The notes below the pieces were generated by a model, which worked only from the letters and a program-made list of their open reading frames with translations, did not search any database and was not told where the DNA came from. Made by a program: the position numbers and the translations under genes. A DNA stretch of 63,746 bases, filler included, from Reticulomyxa filosa (Eukaryota; Protista; Foraminifera): NCBI GenBank assembly GCA_000512085.1. It is 16 parts of 16 records of this genome, joined end to end, with 100 filler letters (N's around TTAATTAATTAA, not from the genome) between each part and the next. Parts side by side here need not be neighbours in the genome. Positions count along the whole stretch, not along the records: positions 26,324 to 30,379 come from ASPP01000620.1; positions 30,480 to 31,989 come from ASPP01005946.1; positions 32,090 to 41,702 come from ASPP01044954.1; 13 more parts are not named here. The stretch is one strand, 5' to 3'. Positions 26,659-40,529 of the stretch are shown one piece after another (the first letter of the stretch is position 1; the number at the start of each line of letters is the position of its first letter).

Positions 26659-29586
26659 TCAAACAAATAAATGTAGAAGGATTTGAGAAAATTGCAACAT
26701 CAATATATGTTTTAGGGTTACAAAGCATGATTCATTAAACCAACAACCAAGAAAGCGATATTCAGAAATTACATTGAGGAAGCTGCAAAAATTACAAATA
26801 AGAAACAATAATACTGAAAGAAAATTTGACAACCAAACTCTTATATGACAAATTTCAAAAAAAGCCTTCTCCTTGTATTTTAAACCGAAATTGACCGAAA
26901 AGAAAAGGAGACGGGCAGAGAAAAGAAAAGAATCAAAAAGGAACAAAAAAGCCAATACGACTAAATACACTGTGAAAAAATCGTTTACACTTAAGTTCAA
27001 AAAACGATAAAAAAACGTTCAAGAGCTAGCCAAATAAATGCGCATTGGGATTGAAAAAGGGCTTTGAATAGTCTCATTGTTTGTCTCTGCAATAAATATT
27101 TCATTTTGATAATTGTTGTTCACTTTGTGATTTTTCATGAAAAATTTGTATTTGAATATTAGTCCTTTCTGTTTTGTTTGGAACAAAAGGTTAGAGAAAT
27201 CTGAAACAATGAGTTGTTTTTCTTTAGACGCAATAAGTAGTTGTAAGGGTATGAATTCAATTGATATAAAAACTCGATCTTCTTCTGGCTTCAATGTTAA
27301 CGTATATTGACGAATGGCAGTGCCCTCAACTTTTTTCCAATTGACAAAAACATTAATTGTGTGGATCGATTCATTCAGCAATGAAGCAACATGATCGTTG
27401 GTTTCGGACTTGTTGATGTTTGCATAGGAAAAGAATAGAATTGTCTCAATTCTTTGCAAATAGTATCCTACGGGGTATGTATTTTGTAATGTAAAGACAA
27501 TCCCATATCGACTGTTCTGCGAATTTATTGTTTTTAATTGGCGATATTGTCGTGTTTCCTCTTTGTTTATTTCTCCAAGCGTTAGTAGTGTTGGATGAGT
27601 GATAGATTGTGATAGCATCCTGCGTCGTTGTTCGCTGCCGTTGTGATAACGATCTTCGAACTGTGGCAACAAGCACACCAATTGGTAAAAATAATTCGTG
27701 GGAGATGCTGTTGGCGATTCAGACGGTAGGAAAGATGGTTGATTGGACGGATTTACTGTAGATCTTTTCACTGGATTGCTGGTAGGCTGCTTCGAGGGCC
27801 GTTTTGTCGGTAATTTGGTTGGGTTTTTGGAAGGTCTCTTTGTTGTGGCAATAGATTTCGTTGGCGATTTGGTAGTTGGACGAAGAGTGGGCACGGCCGA
27901 AGGAGCAAGTCTGAAGACCAATTCATTCCATTTTGCGCAAAAGTGTATCGATATGATTGACAAAATGGACGAATAGAAAATACATACGTTGATATGATAT
28001 TTTTTTGATCGTATAAACATAGCCAGAGTTGCTCGTAGTCGCCACTATAAACAAAAGATACAAAAAAACGAATCGCAAATGTAATTGGAAAAGACATTGG
28101 ACAAACCATTTGACTCCGTTGTGGGATACAATGGCGGGATAGATGCAAGTGCGACATGACGGTTGAGTGGCGGGACACCAGTCACAGGGACACGACCCAT
28201 TGGGATATTGGAGGGCCACCCCATAGGGAAAGTAGGTTTTATGATCGAACTTAGGCACCACCATTTCGATTTTGGAAATGTCAGAAGAATACAGCCAATT
28301 GATGGTTTCATTGAAACTGTGTGGCAGACGATAGCCGACGGGACACGTCACGTGGTTATTGATTATCTGCAATGAGCTATACCAGCCCAAACGATAGACT
28401 GGAGGAACCGCTACGTAATTGCAATTGGCTTCTCCACTCAAATCCTTTGCAGTGCAAATGTTACATTTTAATGGACACAACTGCATCACGCTGAGCGAAT
28501 TGCACGTTAGCTCTTCGTTGGTTCGCGGCGCACACAGAAACAAACAGACAATCAAACAAAGTGAGGAAATGCTGTTATTAAATAGACTAAATACCTGAAC
28601 ATGCAGCAATCTTGTCAATACAGTTGTAATACTTTGGTGCGGGACATCCAGCACACAGTCCATTTTGGCAGGTATTGTTTCGATCGCGCGTGCACTGATC
28701 ACACACCGTGTGTCGATTGTCTGCACCGTATGGAGGCAGTGGTGTGGTCTTGGACTGTGCGTCATTGTAACCCGGCCAATAGTCGCATACCACAAATGCC
28801 GCATTGTACTTCAACTCGATTGTTTTCATTCGGAAATGTCAGCTGATTACAAATGTTGACACCACAGGACAAATATCGTGTCTTTGACCACAGCACGTTT
28901 ATCAATTCCAAACAACTTGACACATCACTTTTTCCATTGCAACGGCTAAGAGAATAGCTATAGTTTTTATATTCATTCAACCACTTTGACACTATCAACT
29001 CCTATTTTTTTTTGTTTTGACAAAAATTTTTCTTTTGAAAAAAAAAAAGGGGGAAACGTACATTAAAAAAAAATTAAAAATTATTTTAAACTTGCAACAA
29101 CTCATGCGTCAAATTCTGGGCATTTGGAAACCACGCAATGCTTTCTTGTGTTGGATAAAACGACAAGTCCAAGTATTCCCCTTTGAATTCAAGTAAATTG
29201 GAATCAAAGAGGAATTTCACCAAGTCGTTTCGAACACTGTTTTTCTGGTATACACATTTGCCTGCGTGGGTCATTGTTATAATGCTCATATTGTAACTGT
29301 ACACCAATTCTTGCATGTCCACTGCTCTTGGATATCCATAGGAAAGCAAGTTTCCATTACCCACAAAACTTCTTATTATATTGTGTGCTGAGAGCAATGC
29401 GTAACGCCAGTTGAACCCCGGTTCTGTCACATCGGTCCTCTTGTCGAGTTGGCTGGTGTTCACAATCGCGTTTTGTTTTACTGGGGAGAAGTTCACATTC
29501 TCTAATTCAAACGCATTTATCCTTATCGTGACTAGGAGCAAGACCGCTACACAATAAACACAAATTGAAAATGTTTCAATAGCCAT
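26659..29586 (-). CDS. Secreted or type I membrane CAP (SCP/PR-1/CRISP) protein with Cys-rich ShK-like segment and P/T/S/K-rich stalk, multi-exon
   Basis: Signal-like N-terminus; LLSAHNIIRS, MQELVYS, WLNEY..Y, VLWSKTRYLSCG, FVVCDYWP; MQLCPLKCNIC; PTxxPT repeats; hydrophobic FFTVYLVVLAFLFLF near the end. One apparent frameshift near 28830. The 3' end is uncertain. Confidence 0.75.
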
Positions 29587-30838
29587 TACGTAACTATTGA
29601 ACCGAGAATAACACCCATAAAGTTTTCTTATAAGTGCTAACAATTCACACTTAGTATCAGTGCGCATTTGCAAACAAGAGCGTCAAAATTGGTTATCATT
29701 TCTTTGTTATTACCTTTATTTCTTAGCTTTAATATTTTTGTGAAAGATGTATAACGAGATAAGATATTTTAGTTGTGAACAGTTGCACACATCGTGCCGA
29801 CTACTTGTGAAACAAGGTCTCATTTTGAAGTTGGATAAACATGATTCTCAAGTTAATTTTGCTTACTGTACGAAAGCTATTCTCTTAAAATCTGTCACGA
29901 TTTTGAATGTATTCGTTTGGCAGGAAAGTGGAATAAAGAAGCACGGACACTCAAAGAAAAAATTAAAAAATTGATTGCACGTGTTAAATGAATAAGAAAA
30001 ACCGTTTTTTTTTTGTACCGCAAAAATTTTTGAAAGTACTGAATAAAACGTCTCAGCTAAAGTATTCCCTGGAAACAATTACGACCCAAATTTTAATTTG
30101 ACATCTTAATTTTGACAAAAGTTCAATGTACGTGGTATTTGCTCAACACACATTTGGACTGCTCAAAAACATAAATCTTATTTTTGATTTGTTATTAAAT
30201 AATAAAGAAATTACAAAAATTTGATTTTTTTTTAAACGACAATAAGTTATTTTAATTAGCTAGTTTTTTTTGTAAATCCCCTGGGAAACACTTTTAAGAA
30301 AAATAGAGAAAAACAATAAAAAGCAATCAATAAATACAATTGAAAGCAATATATATATCATTTTTACAATTTTTTTTTTNNNNNNNNNNNNNNNNNNNNN
30401 NNNNNNNNNNNNNNNNNNNNNNNTTAATTAATTAANNNNNNNNNNNNNNNNNNNNNNNNNNNNNNNNNNNNNNNNNNNNAAGATATAATATACAAGATTT
30501 TGACTTCAAATATTCAATTTCATTTTACGTTAATGATAAAATTATTTGATACATTACAACAAAAAGTTCAACAATATAAAGTATTATTTATTGTTTTTTT
30601 TTTGAAGATTTAAATAAAATAATATTATCTAATTGAAAAAATACAAAATATGATTATATTATGTAATTAAAAAAAACAAAAGATAAATATATTTTATTTT
30701 AAAAACAATAATTAGTGCAATGCCAAAGCAAATTAAATATTTTTCATGTCGTGTTTTTTTTTTAAAGTACAAAATATCAAATCAAGAAAACAATAATAAA
30801 TAAAAAGTACTGCATGAGATCGAATCGAAAGATAATGA

Positions 30839-31580
30839 ATGGATCACAATAGATTGACGGAAACAGCAAAAGCCTTTCTCAAAAATTCAAATTCCACATT
30901 TTCAAACCAGACTGTTACAAATATAATAACAGTGTATGAAAAAATAATGAAAGATCAAACGAATGCATTCAAATCCAATGGAAATATTGATTTCTTTGGA
31001 GCACGTGATTTTTATGGATTAATCAAACATAAAGTCGCTCTTGCTGAAAGGCCCAACAGTCAATCGCTGGAAAGTTATTTTTGCAATTTTGGTGGACTTG
31101 ATCATAGTGATTATAGAAAACAATTTAGTAAGATTTAAATAAAGTACTGAACATGACTGAAAGTGAAGTTATTTGAGAATTGTGTAGAAAGAAATTTAAT
31201 GGAAAAGAAATATTGCCAGTCATTAGATTTATCAGTAAGTCGGCATTGTATGATAACCAGTGAAAAATATTATTCTTGGCAATTACTTTTGGAATACATA
31301 TTTTGAATTTCAATAAAATATATTTTCCTCAAGATAAATATTCGAATATTACCAATTACAATCAATTAAATAAAATTTTTGATTGTATGGATACTGGAAA
31401 ACTGTCATTTTACATCATTTCGAAAGTATTTGTGAATATTTGTATGACATATTGAATCAGAGGTATCAAATAAGACCTTTAGGCATTTTCATCTATTTTT
31501 TTTATTGTTTGATCATTTTAATATAGCATCTATTTTAAAATAAAAAGGAAATATGTATTGTCGAGTGGTGTTGGGATGTC
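30839..31580 (+). pseudogene. Fragment of an RNF213/mysterin-like AAA+ ATPase
   Basis: FFGARDFYGLIK...NFGG, FPQD...QLNKIFDCMDTGK, LYDILNQRY and YCRVVLG appear in the order expected for RNF213, interrupted by stops and frameshifts. Confidence 0.7.
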
Positions 31581-32899
31581 CACAGCACAAATATGCCAGT
31601 TTACTTTTTTTTTTTGAAAATGCCAAATATGTACACATAACATAAATATATTTAATATAAATCTAAAAACAAAAAAGATTGTATTTCTCAGTCATTTTGA
31701 GAAAAAATTCATTTTATATCGCTATTCATTGCAATCCAATATCAATCAATATGTCAAATATACAAAGATAGTGTTTTTAAAACTATTTATGTTGAAATAC
31801 ACTAAGATAAAAAGAAAGTTGACACATAAAATGCCACCTTATAGAGATGATTGTGTTTCTCCATGAAAAACAACATTTCATCTAAATTTTTTTTTATTTA
31901 AAAATATCTACGAATCGTGTAGTTTTAAATATCATTTTGAACTTAGTTTTTTATTAAGTCTTTCTAATTTTTTCAAAAATTTTATTCTTNNNNNNNNNNN
32001 NNNNNNNNNNNNNNNNNNNNNNNNNNNNNNNNNTTAATTAATTAANNNNNNNNNNNNNNNNNNNNNNNNNNNNNNNNNNNNNNNNNNNNCAAGGAGAAAT
32101 TATGGTTTGTTATATCTATTTTTATTTTTTTATTTTTTTTGACATAATGATATTTTTTGTGTTTTTCCATTACAGCCGCAGCCCTATGTTCAAAAAAAAT
32201 AATAATTGTGTACACTCACTCCAAAGAAAAACTTCGGTGTTGAAGCCACTCCGCATCAAAAAAAAAATGAAAAGGTTTACATTTATATTTATTTTGTTAT
32301 TTTTTTTATAAAATGTATGTTTGTGTCTTTGAATAGGCATACCCTCAAAAAAAAATGTCTCCACTCACTGTGTAAAAGAAAAAAAAAAAGAAATATTGGA
32401 ATTAGAGCTTTTCGCTCCTAGCAAAAGTATTTTTATTTTATTTTTTTTCTTAAAAAATGAAAAAAAATTTCTTTGTGAATGTGTTAATAGTAGTCAAGAC
32501 AAAAACAAATTGAAAAGTTTTTATTTTTTTTTTATTTGATATAAAGAAAATGTGGGGAAAAGAAAAATATAGGAAAAAATTAAGTGGAAAAAAGGGTGGG
32601 AAAAATGGAAAAAAAAGTGAATATGAAAATTTTATTTAAGAAAAGAAAAAAATGAAAAAAAGAATGCGAAAATTTTAAAAAATGAAAAAAAATTTGGAAA
32701 GGAAAAAATTAAAAAATTTAAAAAATTGCAATGTGAAAAAATGATAAAAAAAGAGAAAAAGAAAAAAAAAGATAAAGATAAAAAAAAGAAAAGGGAAAAG
32801 AGGGATGAAATGAAGGAGAAGAATAAAAGAAGATTGGAAAAAAAAAAGAAGAAAAGAAAAAGAAGAACAGCACCAACAACAACAACAGTTCACTCACGG

Positions 32900-35800
32900 A
32901 GATATTATCGAAACGATCGTGTGATTGCGCGCATGCGCAACTTGTAGCAAAGATATCAAAGTCGGGCAAGTGAAACTCCCGAATGGAAAAGCAAAACGAT
33001 TATGGCAACATGGAACATTTGGGAAAATTGTTTGCCATAACATAGGCGCACACAAGTTTATTCGAATAATTTTTGGATTGGCAAATCATCAAAGACAGTG
33101 TCGAACTGCGATATACATGCTCCAACAAATAAGGGAAACTCCGTCGCTATGGAAATGGTGCCAATTTTATCAACTGAGGAAAAAAATCGAAACTGGTGGT
33201 GTGCGTGCGCACAGTCGCAACTTTGCATTTTAGATAGTGCATTGTCGATATGAGGAATCTTAGAAATGAATACGCACAAGAATGAAAAATAAATAAAAAT
33301 TTTACTCAATATCTCTTTAGATTGCCAGCATATATGTAGATGTACAGGAGATGCCCGCGCAAAGTAGAAAGATGCAAACATTACGATATCGCAACAGTGC
33401 ATAGAAGAAGTGGAAGGCAAGGAAAAAAAGAAAGTGGAATTTGTTTGAAATACTTATTCATTGCGATCGGAAAACCACAACTGGGAGAATCGTTCCATGT
33501 GATAGTTGGTGGAGGAATTATGCGAAACTCCGCAAGACATTGACAAGCGAGAAGATGAATATGATTAATATGAAAAGAAGAAAGAGAATATCGAAAGAAC
33601 ATCGTATTGAATCTGTTTTAAAAAACAAAAAAAACTTGTGTGCTAAATTTACTGATTGTTGCTATGTATTTGTTCTTCGTGCTCACGAGTATAGACTTTG
33701 AGTATTTCCAGATACGCACTACCTTCCCGTCAATGAATGAGTATGGTAACCCAAACAATAGAAAGCAAATGGTTCACCATCAACGTAGGCGCAAATAAAT
33801 CTATGCTAATAATTGTCGGCGTGGCACAGCGCCAAAGATAGCATCGAAATTTGATCTACCGGCGTCAACGAATAAATGAAACTCGGTCGTCATGAAAATT
33901 GCGTTTCGATGTTGTAATGTGTTGATAAAGTTAGCGCCGGCATTGAGAATTCGTGTTAAAACTAGTTGTGTGCGTACGCACATCCGCAACTTTGAATTTT
34001 AATACATGAATATGCCTGTGGGGGAGAATAGTCAGCAACGAATACGCCGAGAATGAAAAATAATGAATAAAAATGGTACTACCTCCATCGTTAAATCTCC
34101 AATCGAAACATCAAATGAACTGGAAATGCTTGCCAAAGTGTGCTATCATCAAAAGAGAGATGATTTTTTCCAAGCACGAAGTCCATCTGCTCTCGTGGAA
34201 CAGTCGAACAAGATTTTCCATATCAATCCCTGGAAAGTTGGTCTTGGTCAGCCAGACGTGATGACACACGTAAAGTGTCGCAATTGCGGCGAAGTGGAAG
34301 GCGATGACAAAAAGAACGTGGAAGTTGTTAGAAAATAGCCACTCACGGCGATCGAGAAAGCCACATATCGAGAGAATTGTTCAGTGTGGTGGGGTGGTCG
34401 CGAAACTAAGTCAAAACACTGACAATCAAAAGATGATATTAGGAGGACTACAAAGAGAAGAAAGAGAATCCAGAAGCTATATCGAGTTGAATTTGTTTTT
34501 TAAAATCAAACAAACAAGTCTGTCAGATTTGCTGAATTTAGTTTGTACTGGATCTTCACGCCCGCGAGTGGAGACTGGCGCGCGCGAATAGGAATGTAGT
34601 GAATGTCTGAAAACGCGCAATCAATGAACGAGTGTGCGGCAATGTCAAGCAGTTGTAGCCCGAACCATTGAAAAGAACTTGTTTGCCATCAATGTAGACA
34701 CAAACAAGTCCTGTGAATAGTTGTTGGTGTGGTACAGCGCCGAAGAGGCGTCGAACTTTGATCTACAGGAGCCAGCGAACAATTGAAACTTGGTGTTATT
34801 GAAATGGAGTTAATTTTATCAATGCATGGCAACAATCGAAACGCAGATACTGTAAACTCGTGTCGAAACTGGTCGTGTGCGTACGACATTCGCAACTTTG
34901 GATTATGGACTGTGAATATGCCGATAGGAATAATCTTAGCAACAAATACTCTCAAGAATGAAACATTGAATAAGAATAGTACTACATCACTCATTAGATT
35001 GCCAATACAAACGTTAAATGTAGTGAAAATGTCAGCGCACAATACTTAAATTGTGGTGTTGCAACATCTGCAGAGAATTTGAAGGCAATTAAGAAAGTAG
35101 CGTGTAAGTTATCAAAAAATGCCCACACATGGCGATCGAGAAAACCACTCATTGGTAGAACATTCTATGTGAGAGTGGTTCAACTTGGTGGAGGGGTTGT
35201 ACTGAACTCCGTAAATACGTTGTCAATCAAGAAGAAAAAGATTAGAATGAGGATGAAGAGAAGAAAGAGACATCGAAATCGTATCACGTTGGATCTGTTT
35301 TAAAAAAAAACTCGTCTACCAGTTTGGTTATGTACTGGCTCTTCTTACGCATGCAAGTAACGACTTTGCGTGTTTCTAGACATGCACTACCTTCCCATAT
35401 AGCGCACCAATCAAAGGCAATAAACAAGTGTGTGGAAATGTCCAGAAGCGGTAACCCGAATCTTGGAAAGAACTTTTTCATCCAACGTATGCTAATACAA
35501 GTCTATGCGCGGATAATTGTTGCTTGCACAGCGCCAAAGAGGCATCGAACTGCGATTTACCGGCTCCAACGAACAAGGTTGTTATAAAAATTGCGCTAAC
35601 TACTTGTGTCAAAACTGGTGGTGTGAGTGCGCACATTCGCAATTTTGGTTTCTTAATCGTGAGTGTGCTACTGATTGGATGAATGATGAGCTTGCGAATG
35701 ACACTTAGCATTGATAGTCGATAATAGAAAAAGATAGAGATAGAGAGAGCTGGTTTGCATTTTCTGACTCCATCAATGTAAGAGTCTCATGCCTTGCGTT

Positions 35801-36530
35801 AGTTCGGCAAAGATAATCACGCTTGTTCGACAGTTTCCGGAATCGCCTATGCACTACAGACGGCGCGTTGGATGCATGTTGATGGATGCAGAAATTTCTA
35901 ATATCGACCATTATTCAACGCCAATGTGTGTCCATCATCTCAACGGCGGCGAGAGTGGATGAACTTCATATGTTGAAAATGTCCATCATATGATGGCATT
36001 GGAACAGTTGAAAAAATTATCTCAGTTCAACTGCGGAGAATCTGGATCTTGGTGCTACCCAACTACAAACGCAAGCTTTTACCAAGAAGAAAAAAAAAAG
36101 ACGTGAAAATACCACCAAAAAAAACAAAATGATATCGACATTACGGTATTGCAACAGCAGCAGCGACTGGATTGATTGAAGAAAAGGAAGAAATGAAAGA
36201 CAAAGAAGAAAAGGATGCGGATGTTATATTCAACAATCACATATTGCGGTCGAGTAAGCCAATCGATGTTGTGGAGGCCATCAGCGAACAAGAAGAGGGA
36301 GATGAGTTAGATGATAATAAAGAAGAAGAAAAGTAAATTCCAAGACCATACAATCGTTGAATTTGTTTAAAAAGAAAAAAAAGAATAGTTCGCCGCTATT
36401 ACTTTGGTTATTGCTCTTTACACACAAGTAGCCACTTTGGCATTTTTAAACATGGATCAATTTCACATAGCGTCCCAATGGAAGCTACGGCTGAACGTGA
36501 CAATGTCAAGCGCAGTGCCAGCCATGATGA
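32900..36530. repeat. Degenerate tandem array, about 4.5 units of 0.7-0.9 kb
   Basis: Recurring anchors: (C)AGCGCCAAAGA..CGAAC at about 33087, 33828, 34735 and 35529; AACTGGTGGTGTG.GTGCGCAC..CGCAA at about 33191, 33960, 34867 and 35613; GCGATCG.GAAA.CCAC at about 33463, 34348 and 35132; GA(A)T.TGTTT.AAAA at about 33610, 34489, 35292 and 36359. Confidence 0.8.
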
Positions 36531-36589
36531 CCACGAAACGCAGCCCATGTTTTCCTCTGTTATTGCCAATTACTCAAATACATTGGACT

Positions 36590-38300
36590 GATGTTGTGTG
36601 TGTGCCAATATTGGGTGCCGCTATTGCTGATGTGCGTGGAAGAGAACTAATGTTGTTGTGTACCATTTATTACAAAAAACAACGTCGCGTCAATCAATCG
36701 ACGACTCAAAATCACTCAATTATTTGGCAAATCAAAACAAAAGTTTGGATATTGTCAATGTATTGGTGGCGCTGGGCCCCTGCTGAGTGGATATTTGAAC
36801 AACATTTCATGTCAGCAGTCGAGCCCCTATCTCATTTCTCCTCTCTTATCTCAAAGAAATTGGCGCTGTTAATACAAACGAATTTTTCGGTTACCAAAAA
36901 TCGAATCACTTGAATCGAAAAGTGGAAGGGTCTGCCATTTACGAGACTGTCACTCAAAAAATGGTAGCTAGGGAAAGAGCCTTTCAATGATAATAGCTTC
37001 TCTCAGGTCAAAGCTCAATTGTTCCAAATAACAGAATATTTGATGGATGCATTATCATTAAAATTAACGCGCGCATTCCAACACAAGAGCTCAAGGTATT
37101 TGGTCATTTGTGCGCCTGTCTCTTTCCTGCTATTTGATGCTATAATTTGTGATTGAATCCATTCCTTGAAAAAGTTTTTTTTATGTACATATTTAATATA
37201 TAACATCTTTGTAACGTATACTTATTTATTTATATGTATTTATTGTGTATTTCTTCAAATTTTTGAATAGATATTTGAAGTTGTGCAAATGGAGGTGGAC
37301 AAGTTGTTGCTGTTAATATTGTTGTTGGTGCTGAAGTAAATTCCCAGCAAAAATGGTAATTGTAATCGCAACGGCGTGAATCGATTATGGATCATGTATT
37401 GTGCTTTGCATAAAGTATAATTTGGGAAAAAAAAATGAACGGTTCTTATCTGTGTAATGTGCTTCTGGTGTTTTGTACGCCGATATTTGGGTGTTGCTGC
37501 TGTCGGTGTGCGCGGAAGAAGCTAATGGTGTTTCGCCATTTATTACAAAAACAAGGTCGTGCCAATCAATAATTGGATGACTATTCAAAAATCGCTCCAT
37601 ATAAAAATAAAGGCTTGGATATTGTCAATGTGTTAGTGGCGTTGGCCCTGCTGGGTGAATACGTGGGCAATATTTTATGCCAACAGTCGAGACCCTCTAT
37701 CCTCTCATCTCAAAAATGTGGTCACTGTGGATACGAACGAATTTTTCGGTTACCAAAAACCGAATCACTCAAATTCGAAAAGTAGAATGGTCTGACATTG
37801 GCAAAACCGCCACTCAAAGAAATGGTAGCTCTGGGGAAGAGCATTTCAGTGATAATATCTTGCTTCAAGTCAGTCCAATTGTTCATACTTGATGGAGGCA
37901 TTATCATTGAAATCAACGCGCGCATTCCAACACAAGAACTCAAGTATTTTGTTGGTAATTTGTGTGCATGTCCTCTTTCTGTTACCTACGCTATAATTCG
38001 TGATTGGATCCATTGCTTGAAAAAGTTTTTCTTTATATGTACATATTTAACATAAAACATCTTTATAACGTATATTTACTATTTGTTCATATGTGTTGCT
38101 TGAACTTTTGAATAGATATTTGAAGGTGTACAAATGGAAATTACAAGTTGTTGCTGTTAATATTAATATTGGTGCTGAAGTGAATCCCCAGCAAAAATAG
38201 TAATAGTGATAGCAATGGCATGCATTGATTATGGATCATGGTATTATGCTTTAGATAACGTACAATTTGAAAAAAATGAAAGGTCCATGTCCGTGTAATG
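36590..38300. repeat. Direct tandem duplication of an approximately 0.86-kb unit
   Basis: Paired anchors TTGGATATTGTCAATGT (about 36744/37615), GAATTTTTCGGTTACCAAAAA (about 36880/37739), AACGCGCGCATTCCAACACAAGA (about 37066/37915) and TTTTGAATAGATATTTGAAG (about 37261/38106). Confidence 0.9.
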
Positions 38301-38429
38301 TGCTAATGATTGATTGAAAGTAGTTAGCTGCGCAATCTATGTTTCCAAGTTATAATATTTTTTTTATAATGTGATTGGAAAATACTTAAGATATTTGATC
38401 AATACATATATAACAATAGGTCTCAAAGA

Positions 38430-39720
38430 ATACAACAAATGCCAATCGAACGTTGAAAGTTGTGGTTGCGGTACCTGCAAGCAAGGGTGAAGTCAAACAA
38501 TGGCAAGTTTGTGGCATATCTGATTTCAAGTATTGACACTTGTCTCAAATTTATTTTTTTTGTCCCAATTGTAATCTTTTGATTTTTTTTTAATGATAAA
38601 TTCAATATCATTCTCCAGCTCACCTAATATATTTCTCATCAAATCATATTCATTGTAAAAATTTTTGAATTTTAGTATTTAAATCTAATAGAAAGTCAAA
38701 AATATGCAGAAAGATTCGATTTGGTTTTCACTTATGCCTTTGAAAAAACTGATCACTGGAATTAATTGAATGTGAAATATACAATAGACTCTAATGTTAT
38801 TTTTTTCTGGCACCAACTCTAAACATTATAAGATAGTTCAATTCATATCAAGTGCTCCGAAAGGGCCAAGCTTAAGCGTCGACTGTACAAATTAGAATTG
38901 ATTCCTGTCACTATTCCTGGCAAAAAAGACCTCAAGTAGTATCTTCTTGAGTCATGTAAGAGTAGATACAAGAAGAATACGTAGATACTCCCTACTCATG
39001 ATATTGTTGTTGTTCCAATGATCAAGCAATTCTTTGATGGTAAGTAAAAATTTACCAAACGCAATCAATTCACTCGCTTGACTGTCCATGCGATGGATTA
39101 ATCCTGGTGTCATCGTGAAATTGAATGCATTCATGTGTGAAGGCAACATTTGTGCCTGCTGGTCTAACATTAGTGCATTATTTTGGACACTTGTGCAGAT
39201 TTGGGACCATTTCCAAAAGTATTTCATTAATACATTGTCTTGATACTTATTATCACTTTCAGGCAAATGCAAACCCATCCCCAGAGATTTATTTACCAAC
39301 ACTATTTCTTCGTCTTCACAAATAATCAATTCTTCTATTGACCAATATTTTTAAGAGGCACTCGTATCTATCAACTTTTTCATAAATAATAAACAATGCT
39401 TAATCAAGAATGTGGACCAAACACACATATTTTTAAACATAGACTCCAAACTTTTTGGAAAGGCAATTTCAAAACCAATTTATTTGGGGTGATACAGCGT
39501 TTCAATGCATTGATCAAGTTTCATGTGAACACTGTGAAGAATAAGATGGAGAGGCGTTCATATTGTTGTGTAAGTTATTTATATTGTTCTGGTGGCAAGC
39601 GTTTTAATTTCTTTTCAATCTGTCTTCTCGACAACTGTGTCCCTTTATTTGTCTTTGCCAAGTGCATCAACACCATGCAGAGTGCGTGTTTTATACGTTT
39701 GTCGGGAGTGCTGCTCTCCG
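38430..39720 (-). pseudogene. RluA/RluD-family pseudouridine synthase remnant
   Basis: IICEDEEIVLVNKSLG (motif I) and PGLIHRMDSQASELIAFGK (HRLD motif II), with S4-like LSRRQIEK upstream. In-frame stops are present and there is no intact TGRTHQIR. Confidence 0.6.
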
Positions 39721-40529
39721 CATCGACTTGCTATCTTTTTTTGGTTTCCCTCCACAGTGGCCATAGACCACGCCAAATGTGATCAATGACATGGTAGTGT
39801 ATCTCACTCAAGCCTTGAAATGAAATTCGTAAATGCGACGTATGTTCAAATAGCAATTATATTCACTTATCCAATTCGACAATATTTTTCTGTCTAACAC
39901 AAGTGATACTAAAATTCTTTGTCTTTGTACATTGTGCTGGTCTCTTTCACGTCTTGGTCATTTCCAATCAAAATAAAAGATATATACATTGTGATGACAA
40001 CATAGTAAAAAAATAAATAATAATAAATGAAAATAAAACATTGTTAGTATTTGATTGAGCAACTCGTAGCTGTGATCTCTTTGTGAGCATGTTGCAAATT
40101 TGCAATATATCAAAGTGGTCGAGTGAAACGAATTTTTTGTTTTTAAAATACAAAATGTTTTTCTTTTAAAATCAACTTTATTTCCGCAAAGTAGATGCTG
40201 GAATAACGACAAGTTGGATTTAGATGCGTGTAGTGAATTGTTTTGTGATGAGCTTCGTTTTATGTAGAAAAGCTCATTAAGCATTGTACATGATTTATCT
40301 GAAAGGAAGCAGCTTGTTCTGTGATGTATGTACGAGTTGTGCGACGATGTTCGCATAACTCAAGTAATCCGTCAAATTATGAGAAATTCCTTGCGCAAAC
40401 AGCAAAGCAACGCCAGCCGATAAGCTTGGAAAGTCATTCTATAAATGCAAGCCACATGCTTACACACGAGTGACGTATCCCAAATGTATGTTTCTTTTTG
40501 TTGCTATTATTGTTGCTGCTATTTTTCAT

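Noticed and set aside
32500-32900. Lys-rich and Phe-rich ORFs
   Set aside because: They are products of A-rich low-complexity sequence.
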